DNA of 64,000 nucleotides from Carpediemonas membranifera BICM (GCA_019828565.1 JAHDYR010000011.1:606656-670655); one strand, 5' to 3'. Positions 46,293 to 59,401 are shown, counted from the first letter of the stretch. Translations and numbers: made by a program. The notes: generated from the sequence alone by a model not told the origin.

Positions 46293-47455
46293 GAGCAGGC
46301 CAGAGTCACTTGCCATCTGGCGCATCATGAGGAGATATTGGAATGTGTTGATGTGTTTATTGACTAAATGAGCTGGAATTAGGCGGGTTTGATGTTGCTT
46401 ACATGTTCTGTGGCATGCCTGATGTCCAAAGATGTATTTTGGCACAGTGATGTTGTTTAGTGTGCTCATAGCTGACCGCGTAGTTATCTGACTTCAATGT
46501 GTCGTGTTGGTGCCAAGAAATCGATGGTAGCTCGCACGTTTGAGGTAGTTGCTTGTTGCATCGATGCAACGCACTTTAAGGATTAAAAAGCTGTACCCCA
46601 TAGCCGTTTCCTAAGGCCAAATGCGGCCCTCTCTAGCGTATATACACGCGTGTATTGGGACTAGATGCAGTGTTGTGGCATGCCCGGTTTAGCTGAATCC
46701 ACAAATGTGGATCGGCTCTGGCTGCCGTATAGGTGGCCATGCTTTGGACTTATGGCTGGAGACTGATACAATTGGCAGGTAGTTGACTGCTACGTGCTAT
46801 GGACAACCGACGGTATGCCTGTCTGGGCATCAGCGCTGTCGTTCAGGCCAATCCACGTTTGTGGATCCGTGCAGTTTATGGTTTCTCGGCCTCCATGCTA
46901 CAGCCCTGCCTCACCATCGGTATCCACGTGTACTGCGGCAAGAACAGCTTCACCCAGGGCGAGGATAACGTCCGCCAGGGTCAGCGCCGCTCCGTCATCG
47001 GCATGTCCGCCTGGTACGTCGAAGAGCAGGGCCACCTTGAGACCGTCAACCGTCCCGTCGAGACCATCGCCCGCTTGGCGAGTAAGCGCTACACTACCGC
47101 TTCACCAGCCCTCCAAGGCAGCGTTCTGGACCTGCGTCATCTCCGGCGAACTGGAATGATCCAAAGTAACGGTGTAGTGTTCTTTATGGCAGCTAATTGT
47201 GCATAAGCGAATGCTTTGTGGTCATTTATTGCTCTTTGGCGCAGCAACGCCCACAACTCTTTGGGATACTGTTCTTTTTGGTGTTGATGTTGTTATTGAT
47301 GTTGATTTCTCCGCTTTTCGCTGCTTTTGCGTTGTAATTGCAATGTTTTCTAGTACATTCCGCGCATCAGATCATTGCTACAACCTGAACTCGCCATTTT
47401 GGCGTTGCAATGAAACTATCCCCTAAAGTGCACACTAAATGAAATCAGAACAATT
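46293..47455 (+). repeat. 1.16-kb segmental duplication, second copy about 54167-55328
   Basis: Near-identical ORFs at 46799 and 54674. Confidence 0.93.
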
Positions 47456-47528
47456 TGTGGTCAGCTGCGCCAAGTCGATGGCTTAGTCAGTGTTTGAGTC
47501 ATTCCCACGACTTATTTACTTCGTTCAT

Positions 47529-48935
47529 TTACTTCTGATGCTTTTCCTGCTCTCTCTTCTCCATCAGGTCGTCATACTCGGCCCTCGTCAGCCTCACAGT
47601 TGTCATTCCTGCATCACGGATGTGCTCAAAGGCCTCAATGGGCAGCTTCGGCATCCCCTCCTCGCTGTCGCTGCTGCTGCCCAAGTCTGACTCGCTCTCG
47701 TGATAGCGGCGAAGGCGAATGCGTCTGCTGGGCTCCCTGGTCTTCATAGCGTCATAGAGCGGAGCGAGCCCACTTCCATTGGCCCCGCTCAGGACACCCT
47801 CATCGGTATCTCTCTCAGACATATCACACTCAACCTGTTGTGACAGAACAAATGACAGGTTATCGACGAGGCTATCCTCGGCATCGCTGTCTGAACTCTC
47901 CTCATCCTCCCACTCTCCTTCCAGCATCTCCAACCCGGCTGTCTCGTCAAACTCGCCCTCCACCACGGTCTCCGGCATCTCTGCCTCGCCAGCTGTCTCG
48001 TCAAACAGCGCCTCATCGTCAGACTCACCCTCCCCCGTGTCGCCCCCCTCGGGCTTACGCTGGTCGTGGAGCTGGACCATCCTCATCCTGAGCTTGTTGT
48101 AAAGCCAGTTATCGAGCGTCGGCGGCAACAGGTCGGCAGAGCTTCGGATCTCCGGGTTGAGATCGAGGATCGTTGGGCGCCGCGTGGTCGTTAAGTGACT
48201 GGACGCCAACTGGTGCCTGAACTGCTCATCGGTCAGGCTGATGCGCTTGTCCTTAATGACCTTCTGAGGCTTCTCCTGCGGTCTGCCGCGGCGCTCTAGC
48301 GTGCCGATAGACTGCATCCTATCGGTGGACACGTCGATCCGCTGCGACAAGCGAAGCATGCGAACCGTCAACCCCTGAACCTTGAGCGCCTCCGATACAG
48401 CACTGGCCTGCGGGAATCCCGATTTGAGCGTGCCAAAGCCCATCCAGCTCGGGCACGAGGTAAGGTCTATCGCATCGGGGAGATTACCTTGGAGATACGA
48501 ATACTCCCAGCCCGTCTGGTTGAGCAGAATGGCAATGGCGCCATACGGGCTGGGGAGACTCTCAACTGATGCAGGCGACACCTCTTCCTCCTCTTTCCAG
48601 GACAACGGCTTCGCGGGGTGTGGCAAGTCGAAGTTCCGGAAAGACTGAACAGCCGAAACGATCCTCTTAGCCATAGCAGGCGTCTTTGTAGCGAAATAAT
48701 GCGCCAAATATGTCGTAACGTTGTCGCTTCGGACAATCTCGATGCCCTTCTGCATTTCAGCGCCTGTTTCCTGGCAAATGCTGGCCAAAACGTCCTCCAG
48801 GTGCTTCTTGTACACACTACGCGACTTCACTGAAACTCTATCAGACCAGCGCTTAACAATATCGTCGTTATTTGCAGCTAGAACCTCCATATCACGAGTT
48901 TTCTGTTGGTATTGCAATTTCAGAATTTCGTACAT
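47529..48935 (-). CDS. 468-aa protein with N-terminal tyrosine-recombinase core-binding (SAM-like) domain and acidic tail
   Basis: SVKSRSVYKKHL..VTTYLAHY..TPAMAKRIVSAVQSFRNF pattern; no clear R-H-R-Y catalytic domain seen. Confidence 0.5.
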   Translation of the reverse strand: MYEILKLQYQQKTRDMEVLAANNDDIVKRWSDRVSVKSRSVYKKHLEDVLASICQETGAEMQKGIEIVRSDNVTTYLAHYFATKTPAMAKRIVSAVQSFRNFDLPHPAKPLSWKEEEEVSPASVESLPSPYGAIAILLNQTGWEYSYLQGNLPDAIDLTSCPSWMGFGTLKSGFPQASAVSEALKVQGLTVRMLRLSQRIDVSTDRMQSIGTLERRGRPQEKPQKVIKDKRISLTDEQFRHQLASSHLTTTRRPTILDLNPEIRSSADLLPPTLDNWLYNKLRMRMVQLHDQRKPEGGDTGEGESDDEALFDETAGEAEMPETVVEGEFDETAGLEMLEGEWEDEESSDSDAEDSLVDNLSFVLSQQVECDMSERDTDEGVLSGANGSGLAPLYDAMKTREPSRRIRLRRYHESESDLGSSSDSEEGMPKLPIEAFEHIRDAGMTTVRLTRAEYDDLMEKREQEKHQK

Positions 48936-50123
48936 ACAAAATTATCAAATACTTGGATTCGACCTAAACTTGGCTCAGATCCGCAATCCTGAGCTAGAGT
49001 GGGTTCATGGGAACTTTTTAAAATTTTAAAGTAGTCATGAACATCCAAATTCTAAGACAATCTCCGGTACTGGAAGTAATTCTGAAATTGCAATACCAAC
49101 ACAAGTTATATTTCTGAAAACCGAATACACGGTGATACTGTTATCTATTAGCTCCAGTAGGGACCCAGGCCAGGTTTTGTACACCCTACCCGCTTGCCTC
49201 GGAATTCGGACATGCCGAAATTCTGAAATTCGGGTCCAACCGCCCATTTTTGACGTATGAGATCAGTATCCCATGCCAAACCTCAGGACGGCATTCGTGT
49301 ACCTTGTCCTGCCATATATCCATTAGATAACCACCCACTTTCCTTTCACAATGTGCACTTTATGCTCGCAACGAGACTGAAATGAGGATCTGAAGAATAG
49401 AAAGAATACTGGCGGATTTGAAGATGCAGACACATGAATATCACTAAGAAACATCAGTTGGCGGGCGCAGAGCATCAGTCAAGTACCAATTATCTCTAAA
49501 CAACATCAATCATCATAAGTCCATCATGATCATACGATATGAACTATAAATGAACTACAGATCAGTATATATGATTTGAGAGTACCAGGCATGGCCAAAA
49601 TACCGCAATACTCGTCCTTTGATCCACGTGACCTCCATCTTGGTCGGTATCCAGAGAACCTCCGTCAGACGCTTGCAACGGAACATTTAGGGGGTGCATC
49701 CTGAATGGGGCCAGATTTGAGGGACCCTTGGTCTGACATGTCATGACCGAGTACTCTAGGGGCCTCCACAGTGCGTCCCGAGGTACGTTAGAGCACCACA
49801 GACCTTCCCCCAAAAGCTGACTCCTGGACCCCTTGGCCGGAGCTCGCCAAAACGTGAAAATCGGCGATGATTTCTCCGTATAACGTCATAGGGGGTTATA
49901 TGGGGCTCTTTTCAGCCGCAGATAACGTCTCTTGGCCATATTAAATTTGCGAAAGGCCCCGGCTCGCTGGCCGGACGATTTAATCAGCATCGGCGAGAAT
50001 GGACGTGTGGGTAGGGCTAGGGGTGTGATGACGGCTGGTGGTAGTCACGGTGTGAGTGCTTACAAGCCGCAGGCGATATACATAAACTTTTAGTAACCAT
50101 TTAACGTCTCTTGGCGATATACG

Positions 50124-51844
50124 ATGCTAGACTTGTTCACTTGGCTGGAAGAAGCCACTGAGTTCGATAAGAAGGAGCTAATGACCAAGATCAATGCAGC
50201 TGCAAGCGCTAAAGGCAAATGCGACGTCCTTCGCGCGCTTTTTGCTGCCTAGGCGCGATTTACTCGCTACTGTGATCAAGGAACGTACGTTACTGAGCGA
50301 AATTGTTTACACAGGTGTTAATCTCAAGCGTATTGCCACGTTCTTCCGCCTCACGCGCCAGGAGACGGAAGATATGAAGAAGGACCTTAAGGCGCAGTTT
50401 ATGGCGACGATGAAATTGAATGAGGGTGAAAGGGTCACAGGGGAACACAAGAAAACACTGAAGCAGGTCCTCGGCGGGGATACCTTCACGCACCTGTACG
50501 ACGGCGAGGTGGAGAGCGCGCGTATTCGGGTGAAGAAGAGCATTCGTGAGGCTAGAATGAAGACAAACGCTAGGCTTGAGTGTGAACTCGCGAAGGAGGA
50601 GGACGAGGACATCAGGGATTGTACTCGGGTTCAGATGATGAAGCTGGCCGATGAGGAAGACCGAAAGGAGTTGGAAAAGGAGATGGAATACACGCGCGAG
50701 TCCAAGTATGACGTGGTATGGGAGCGAGTGTACGATGAGATCTGCGGTACTCGTCGTGTGCGGGCCCGCAAGGATAACGCCCCCTGTCCCGGCGAGGATC
50801 ACGCCGACCACGTGCTTCAGCGCTATCTCTGGGCCGACCAGATCGATACTCAGGCGCTTACTGGCGAGAAGACGTTGACCACGAGACTCCCTGCTGAAGC
50901 TCGAGTCGTACGTCGCGTGACAGCCAGTCTGATCTCTGCTCAGAAGACGGAGATCCAATCTCTCAAGGAGCAGGTCGAGCGGCTGAAGAAGCAGGTGACT
51001 GACGAGAGAAGAGACCACTTTCTTGAGTGCAGGCGTATCCATCATGAGCATGACGTTGGGTACCTTGCTTCCTGCGATGTTTCGTTCGCCGCCAGCCCCA
51101 TCCCGCCACAGTCTGGCACGCTCTCCAGGACTTCCTGCCCCCGACGCGCTACGAACGAGCCCGAGGCCTCCATGTCTGTGAAGCGCAAGGCCCTCATCAT
51201 CACGCCCGAGAAGGCCAGGCCTGAGGACTCGGAGGAGGAGTCAGATGAGGAGCAGGAGGAGGCGAAGGAGAAGAGGGGTGAGGCAGAAGAGGAGGCGGTG
51301 AACACATGCGACGCCTGCATCCAGACTGAGCCGGAGACTCAGACTCGCATCACCTCTGAGGCCGCGGTGCAGACGTGCATCAACGCGGAGGCTCTCACGG
51401 CTGGCTGTACCGCGATTCATGTCAAGAGTGACGGCAACTGCGTTGCATATTGTCTCCAAGCCATTGAGTTGGGTGGCCGAGTTGATGGCGACTTCGAAAA
51501 AGTGGCAGCGTGGCCTCTGCCAGTCAGTGAAGGCCAAGTACTGGTCTAAGAAGAATGTCACGGAGCGTAGTCTGAGAGATCCGGACTCCGGCTACTATAA
51601 CTCGAACGCCATCCGAGTCTGGGCGAGGAAGCAGAAGCGGAACATCCTTGTTGTCCAGTCATACGACGGATACAACGGCATGCAAGGCATCTCAGCCATC
51701 TTATACCTGTTTGATGGCACCACCATGCTTGCACCTGATGCAGACTTGTGGGGATTGACAGATAATTTCGCTATTGTCATCGAAGGCGATCCGGCTCACG
51801 CCACGCTGTACCAGAAGAAGTGCGAGGTCGTTGAGATTGAATAA
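50124..51844 (+). CDS. Coiled-coil protein with C-terminal OTU-like cysteine protease (frameshifts near 50240 and 51498)
   Basis: VKSDGNCVAYCL, then in the next frame AIRVWA..RNILV..HATLY; both shifts fall in homopolymers. Confidence 0.65.
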
Positions 51845-52577
51845 AGATTTGGATATGCCCGTGTAGCCAGCGGTTCATGACCTGCAGCAGACATTTGGAC
51901 GTACAGCGGGATACCACATCAATTAGGTCACTTGCGGGCTAAGATTGTCGTTGTCGATCGTCATTCACCGGAGGAGCAGGCCAGAGTCACTTGCCATCTG
52001 GCGCATCATGAGGAGATATTGGAATGTGTTGATGTGTTTATTGACTAAATGAGCTGGAATTAGGCGGGTTTGATGTTGCTTACATGTTCTGTGGCATGCC
52101 TGATGTCCAAAGATGTATTTTGGCACAGTGATGTTGTTTAGTGTGCTCATAGCTGACCGCGTAGTTATCTGACTTCAATGTGTCGTGTTGGTGCCAAGAA
52201 ATCGATGGTAGCTCGCACGTTTGAGGTAGTTGCTTGTTGCATCGATGCAACGCACTTTAAGGATTAAAAAGCTGTACCCCATAGCCGTTTCCTAAGGCCA
52301 AATGCGGCCCTCTCTAGCGTATATACACGCGTGTATTGGGACTAGATGCAGTGTTGTGGCATGCCCGGTTTAGCTGAATCCACAAATGTGGATCGGCTCT
52401 GGCTGCCGTATAGGTGGCCATGCTTTGGACTTATGGCTGGAGACTGATACAATTGGCAGGTAGTTGACTGGTACGTGCTCATATGGACAACCGACGGCCA
52501 TTCACTGGCAGGGCTCGCTTCGCAACAGACAGGCGCTCCCTGGGGCTTGGGGCTGTGCATGAGCTTAGACAATAATC

Positions 52578-53864
52578 GTGGGTCAGTCTGACACCTGTAT
52601 GGACATCAACGCGGTCGTAAGCATGCTTCACCTTGTTTTGCCGCAGTTTATGGACGAAATGGATGTCTTCACAGGAAAGCACTCATCCTCTGAGCATTTG
52701 CGGTATCTCATGACAATGCTCGCCGCAGTCGATGTTCTTCGGGGATCCTCGCAATCCATAAGAGGCGAGCGCCACGGAAGGGCATACTCCAAGACTATTC
52801 ACACCGAGTTCTTGCGGTCCTTCCTTTTGTTGGAGCGGGAAGTGCTCAACGAGGATCCAGAAGCGCTAGAGAAGATGGATGCATTGTATTCGGGCGATCG
52901 CGAGGAAACAATGAAGATTGTCGAAGTGCACGACGGAGAAGAGGATGAGCCACCCGTAACCAGCGCATCAAGCTCGCATAAGACAAAGAAGGCCCACAAG
53001 CGTCGGCTACTTTCGGCAAGGAAGACCCAGAAGCTAACTTTTCCGTCAGAGATTGTCCATCCCGATGATGCTGCCTTGCCGGTGGAGAGAAGTGCGTTCC
53101 TCCAGAAGTATCTCAAGACGATCAAAGCTAGATTGCCTTCACTAGAGAGGTCAGTCGAGCGTGTGAATCGGCTGGGGGACATGCAAACTTCCCTGGCGTC
53201 ACTCAACCATATTGCCGACAGCCTCTCTGAAGAGAACCTCACGGTGATGCGTATTTACGTTGCGTATAACCTAACTCTGTATGACTATATAGCGAAGGAT
53301 AAGTTTACTGTGGACCCGATAATTGCTCCAACAGCTGAACTGACTAAGATGGCCGAAAAACAACGCAGCGAGTTCATCAGCCGTAACCAGAGTTACTGCA
53401 CAACCCGCACTCGCAGGACTAACAAGTCAAGCTTCTATAATGATGTACAGAAACATGCCACGAATATGGGTGTGAAGAGCATAGAACGAAGCCACATCAT
53501 CATCGGCATGATGTTGCTGACATACGCCGACTTCGGCAAGTTCCTGGAGGCTGGTTTGATTCCCAGGGACACGGGTGATGCGAGAGAGTTGGCAAACATG
53601 GTCTTGGAGAGCTTCTTCATGGCATATAACAGCGAGGGAGGAACGCGTGCAGCACTCATGCAGGAACTGAAGGATGGAGTAACTGACACAGACAGGCTAT
53701 CGATGATGGAGCAAATGTTTGCGCTTTCTGTGGAGACGAACTCCCTGACGTATGTCAAGCCATCGCCCGAGACGGAATGTGAAGAGAGAAGTGGGTCTGG
53801 CAAGCGGAAAGGCAACGTGACGGAGTCAGGCGATGATGATGGGAAGCGAGCACAGTTGGAGTAA
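52578..53864 (+). CDS. Hypothetical protein (up to 428 aa), copy 2
   Basis: Identical to 37347-38633. Confidence 0.6.
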   Translation: MGQSDTCMDINAVVSMLHLVLPQFMDEMDVFTGKHSSSEHLRYLMTMLAAVDVLRGSSQSIRGERHGRAYSKTIHTEFLRSFLLLEREVLNEDPEALEKMDALYSGDREETMKIVEVHDGEEDEPPVTSASSSHKTKKAHKRRLLSARKTQKLTFPSEIVHPDDAALPVERSAFLQKYLKTIKARLPSLERSVERVNRLGDMQTSLASLNHIADSLSEENLTVMRIYVAYNLTLYDYIAKDKFTVDPIIAPTAELTKMAEKQRSEFISRNQSYCTTRTRRTNKSSFYNDVQKHATNMGVKSIERSHIIIGMMLLTYADFGKFLEAGLIPRDTGDARELANMVLESFFMAYNSEGGTRAALMQELKDGVTDTDRLSMMEQMFALSVETNSLTYVKPSPETECEERSGSGKRKGNVTESGDDDGKRAQLE

Positions 53865-55393
53865 AGAAGAATCAGTCAAATTTAAAGATAAGAGTGCAGT
53901 GCGGAGGAACACTCTCATTCTCCGAATTGTTGTTCATGCGAAAGAGGATGTATTTGTGGAACTCGGAGTCACTAATGCGATCTTCACTCAGAGCCTTGAA
54001 CCATATGCTAAACTCATTCGAGAATGTCGCCAAAACATAGGAACACCATCGATCGAAGAGGGAAGCCTCGAAGTCGAAGGAAGCATGGATATAGGTTGCC
54101 AAGTCTTTCTTTCCGACTCGTAGGCCAACCTTCATGTGTAGACTTCTGCATTGTCATTCACCGGAGGAGCAGGCCAGAGTCACTTGCCATCTGGCGCATC
54201 ATGAGGAGATATTGGAATGTGTTGATGTGTTTATTGACTAAATGAGCTGGAATTAGGCGGGTTTGATGTTGCTTACATGTTCTGTGGCATGCCTGATGTC
54301 CAAAAGATGTATTTTGGCACAGTGATGTTGTTTAGTGTGCTCATAGCTGACCGCGTAGTTATCTGACTTCAATGTGTCGTGTTGGTGCCAAGAAATCGAT
54401 GGTAGCTCGCACGTTTGAGGTAGTTGCTTGTTGCATCGATGCAACGCACTTTAAGGATTAAAAAGCTGTACCCCATAGCCGTTTCCTAAGGCCAAATGCG
54501 GCCCTCTCTAGCGTATATACACGCGTGTATTGGGACTAGATGCAGTGTTGTGGCATGCCCGGTTTAGCTGAATCCACAAATGTGGATCGGCTCTGGCTGC
54601 CGTATAGGTGGCCATGCTTTGGACTTATGGCTGGAGACTGATACAATTGGCAGGTAGTTGACTGCTACGTGCTATGGACAACCGACGGTATGCCTGTCTG
54701 GGCATCAGCGCTGTCGTTCAGGCCAATCCACGTTTGTGGATCCGTGCAGTTTATGGTTTCTCGGCCTCCATGCAACAGCCCTGCCTCACCATCGGTATCC
54801 ACGTGTACTGCGGCAAGAACAGCTTCACCCAGGGCGAGGATAACGTCCGCCAGGGTCAGCGCCGCTCCGTCATCGGCATGTCCGCCTGGTACGTCGAAGA
54901 GCAGGGCCACCTTGAGACCGTCAACCGTCCCGTCGAGACCATCGCCCGCTTGGCGAGTAAGCGCTACACTACCGCTTCACCAGCCCTCCAAGGCAGCGTT
55001 CTGGACCTGCGTCATCTCCGGCGAACTGGAATGATCCAAAGTAACGGTGTAGTGTTCTTTCTGGCAGCTAATTGTGCATAAGCGAATGCTTTGTGGTCAT
55101 TTATTGCTCTTTGGCGCAGCAACGCCCACAACTCTTTGGGATACTGTTCTTTTGGTGTTGATGTTGTTATTGATGTTGATTTCTCCGCTTTTCGCTGCTT
55201 TGCGTTGTAATTGCAATGTTTTCTAGTACATTCCGCGCATCAGATCATTGCTACAACCTGAACTCGCCATTTTGGCGTTGCAATGAAACTATCCCCTAAA
55301 GTGCACACTAAATGAAATCAGAACAATTCGGGGCAAGTGGCGGCATTCATGCAGCTGAATATCTGCTTAGCTTGCCTTACTAGTCACCCTGAT

Positions 55394-57693
55394 ATGGCTG
55401 ATGTGACGGGCCTGTTGATGAAAGCCACATGGCCGTGCACTTTAGGGCATAAGACCGAAGAAGATCTCAGAATGAGTAACGCATCATTTCAACTATCCAC
55501 TGTGACAGATGACGCTGTGATCGAGTTCTTGGACAATAGCACCTTGAAGGAGATCGTTTCAGCAATTCTCGACGAATTCTTGCGGAAGAACAGACAAGGA
55601 GCTTTCACTTGTGACTCCAAAGAACAATGCAAGCGTTGTCTGATTCAGTTCTTGTCGCGTACAGCTAGAGCGACAAAGGGCGTAGAAATGCCGCTTCGAA
55701 AGGCGATTGTTGATGAGGATTGGCAAAAACTACACGCGCAACGAGCTAGCAACATCATGTGCGTGTGACGCGAAGGGATATCAGGGACGAAGCGCTCCCA
55801 CTGTACAAGGCGATGTCAACGATTTTGGCCGTCGATCTTGGCATCAATAAGTTTTCTCGCCTCAGAAAGGTGTTCCTTGACTTGGCAGATAACATGGGGT
55901 TGAGGACGGCCCTTGAAGCCTATACACCACCTGCTGTCCAGAGTCTTGATAGCTTGGGATATGACATAGTTTCAAGAGGAAATGAAGTGTGTGTTACAGC
56001 GCACGCCCACGCTCATCCATGATATGATGGCGTTCACGCCTGAGCACAAGGATGTGACTGGTCATGATGGTGTTACGACACAGTCACTGCAGATGAACTG
56101 TGCTGCCGGATTCTCACAGGCAGTTTCCGTCACGAATGTGTTCTACGTACCTGTGAAAGTTTCTGACAATGAAGATGACAGCGCCCGGCTGCCTGATCTC
56201 TACATGAGATTGCAGCACCTTGAGTGCGCCTATGTGTATCACCACGAGAAGCTTGGAAATGGCGCTGGTCGAGTGTTCGTCTGCCACGAGAATGCAGAGA
56301 CACTCAGTCGGGCAAAAGGAGATCTGTACGGATTTGAAGTTTTCAGCTGTTGATATCTGTGCCAGAAAAGAGCGCATTGTTGTCAAATCTGTGACTTATG
56401 ACCCACTCGCGCTTGTTAAGTTTTTGCCTGCAGCATCCTTCACGGATTGAACGCGATATTAAGGCTTACAAAAAGGCTTTGATGGGCTCTGTTGTTGCCG
56501 ATGATTCCAGAGAGCAAACGATAGATTTGATCGTCTGGTTTGATGGATATCGAGCTGATGCTACGGCAGTGAAGTTCAGACTATTTGACAGGACAGGGTG
56601 TGTTCTACCACAGCGAATAACTCCTCCCATGACTCTTCTCATGTATCAAGGGTCTGAGAAGTTCTTACCGGATTTCTTTGGCACGATCGAGCGCCTGCTT
56701 CGCTCATTGGTTGATGTGCCGCTTCCTTCTGGCGTGAGTCACTACAGGCCAGCTAGTAGAATCATCGTGCGACTCCTTGGTCTTAGCGGTGATCACAAGG
56801 CTCTTCAAATTGTCTCAGGTGTGAAGCGGGGTGGCTATTACCGCTCACCATTCTCCTCTCTTAACATGTTCTACGTCGCAACCGATCCATTTAAGGACAG
56901 GTGTAATCGTTTGACACTACGCGACACTGTCAGCTTGCGTTTCAACGGGCTTACCCCTGACACACAGCGTTTTGGGCAGGCAGACGGACGCAATATCGAT
57001 ATGTGTTGTTTCAGTCGCCTGACGTCTAGTGGTATCCATGAAATCCAGCCAATGTTCGCGGGGACCTTGCTTATTCCGCCAGTCATGCATATAAGCCATT
57101 ATTTGATGAAGGATCTTTGGATTGTCCTTGGATTGATCAAGAAAAGCTGTGCAGGTTCCAATGTTTACACATTAGACAAGATTGAGGCCGACTTTAAGAG
57201 GACCACGGGTTGCAACGAGCAGAGGTGGAATCGGCGGAAGCTGGCCACTCTCGTGAATGATCACATTGATGGATTTGACAGCACCCTTCGCTCATTTATT
57301 TTCCTGATTGGAAAGCTTCAGGCCCTTTATTACTCATCGGATCACGTCACCGATGCCACAATCGCATTTCATCATGCAGCATCCCTTGCAGCGTTTATGT
57401 TCTTCCATCAACTCACGCTCCACAGTAAGCGCGATAAGAACAAGACGACTCGTTCCGACGAGTACCGGTTGACATATCAACCCAAGTTTACTGGATCTCT
57501 CTACCTGAATGCCGTCGTGTCTGTTCTTCCTGTAGTTCACAGTCAACTTCGTATTGGACTTAGGTTCCTTCTTGAGGAGTACTTCGAGCGCGATTTTCTG
57601 TTGAATGCACAGGTTAGGCAAGAGAAGCATCGCGCTTGGCTTCTGGGTTTTATTATCCAGAAGATCAGCATCAACCGGATCATTTCCAGGTAA
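55394..57693 (+). pseudogene. Divergent DDE transposase (CMC/Chapaev/Transib-like), frameshifted and 3'-truncated
   Basis: VWFDG, LSGDHKAL..G, IPPVMHISHYLMK and EEYFER resemble the xDG / GDxK / PxLH / E.ER motifs; the expected CxxC is missing; the ORF ends at a repeat junction. Confidence 0.5.
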
Positions 57694-59401
57694 GGTAAGA
57701 AGATATATATTAAGGTAGGGGGTGTTTTTTAGCCTGCGGGATTTGCGGTCAGGCGCCTTCGGTGAGCTCTGACACTACGCCCCTGTAGTGCTATCGTACC
57801 TTACTTCACGTAAGCACTTTTGTCTTTCAACTCCGACTCCTTCATATCAAAAAGTCCGCTAGAAATCACGATCGAAAATTTCCCAAAAATGCTTTTACGA
57901 ACGAACCAGAGGACGTCAGATGTTCTAGTAAAAAGCATTGTGCACTAGACATGCCAGTGTTTATCGGCACCGGATGGATTTTTTATAAAAATTATTATTC
58001 GCGATTATAGAACTTTTTGCGCTCACCTCTCGGGATTTTGGAATAGCTGAGCTAAGCCACTATCATGTAAAATCGTAATAACTGTATAGCTACATATGCT
58101 ACATGAGTGAGTCATCGATCGGGCTCTCAATCTCGAGATATGGAAAAAAATCTAAACGAAAGAATCTCCTCAGCGACCAGTACACCACGAGCGGAGTCCG
58201 CGGGGGGTCGCAGGGGGGCAGAGAGAGTGACGGAGGCGTAGAGAGGTGTAGCGTAGCGGAGGGCGGGAGGAGCGTAGCGACGAGCGCCCGGAGCGAAGCG
58301 AAGCCGAACGAAGCCGGAGGAACGAACGGAGCCCCCCCGTCTTCAATTCCGGGGGGGTGCAGGGGGGCAGAGGGAGGCGCAGCCGACCGTAGCCCCCGCT
58401 CTACCCATTCTATGTACGTTAATCATTTACATGTGGCCACTGCCACTCTGATACTTGTAGTTCTTACGATGAAAGCTTGTCCGCCCTTCCTTCTTCGGTG
58501 TGATGCATCCTTTCAGCTTCTTCTGGTGCTGCTTTTGAGGGTCGTCGTCACTGTCAGAGTAGATGATGAACTTGGTAGAGCGGGGGCGGCCGAGCTTGCG
58601 GGCAGGGGGAGGGGCTGACTCTCTCAGGTGAGATGGGGATGGGGCTGCTCTCGTAGAGCGGGTAAGGTAAGTTATAGTAAGGTTTCAAGGTAAGGTAAGG
58701 TAAGAAGATATATATTAAGGTAGGGGGTGTTTTTTAGCCTGCGGGATTTGCGGTCAGGCGCCTTCGGTGAACTCTGACACTACGCCCCTGTAGTGCTATC
58801 GTACCTTACTTCACGTAAGCACTTTTGTCTTTCAACTCCGACTCCTTCATATCAAAAAGTCCGCTAGAAATCACGATCGAAAATTTCCCAAAAATGCTTT
58901 TACGAACGAACCAGAGGACGTCAGATGTTCTAGTAAAAAGCATTGTGCACTAGACATGCCAGTGTTTATCGGCACCGGATGGATTTTTTATAAAAATTAT
59001 TATTCGCGATTATAGAACTTTTTGCGCTCACCTCTCGGGATTTTGGAATAGCTGAGCTAAGCCACTATCATGTAAAATCGTAATAACTGTATAGCTACAT
59101 ATGCTACATGAGTGAGTCATCGATCGGGCTCTCAATCTCGAGATATGGAAAAAAATCTAAACGAAAGAATCTCCTCAGCGACCAGTACACCACGAGCGGA
59201 GTCCGCGGGGGGTCGCAGGGGGGCAGAGAGAGTGACGGAGGCGTAGAGAGGTGTAGCGTAGCGGAGGGCGGGAGGAGCGTAGCGACGAGCGCCCGGAGCG
59301 AAGCGAAGCCGAACGAAGCCGGAGGAATGAGCAGAGCCCCGTCTTCAATTCCGGGGGGTGCAGGGGGGCAGAGGGAGGCGCAGCCGACCGTAGCCCCCGC
59401 T
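57688..59401 (+). repeat. Two direct ~710-bp repeats (57688-58400, 58693-59401)
   Basis: Offset 1005; start with GGTAA iterations and end in G/C-rich GGGGGTGCAGGGGGGCAG..AGCCCCC stems. Confidence 0.93.
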
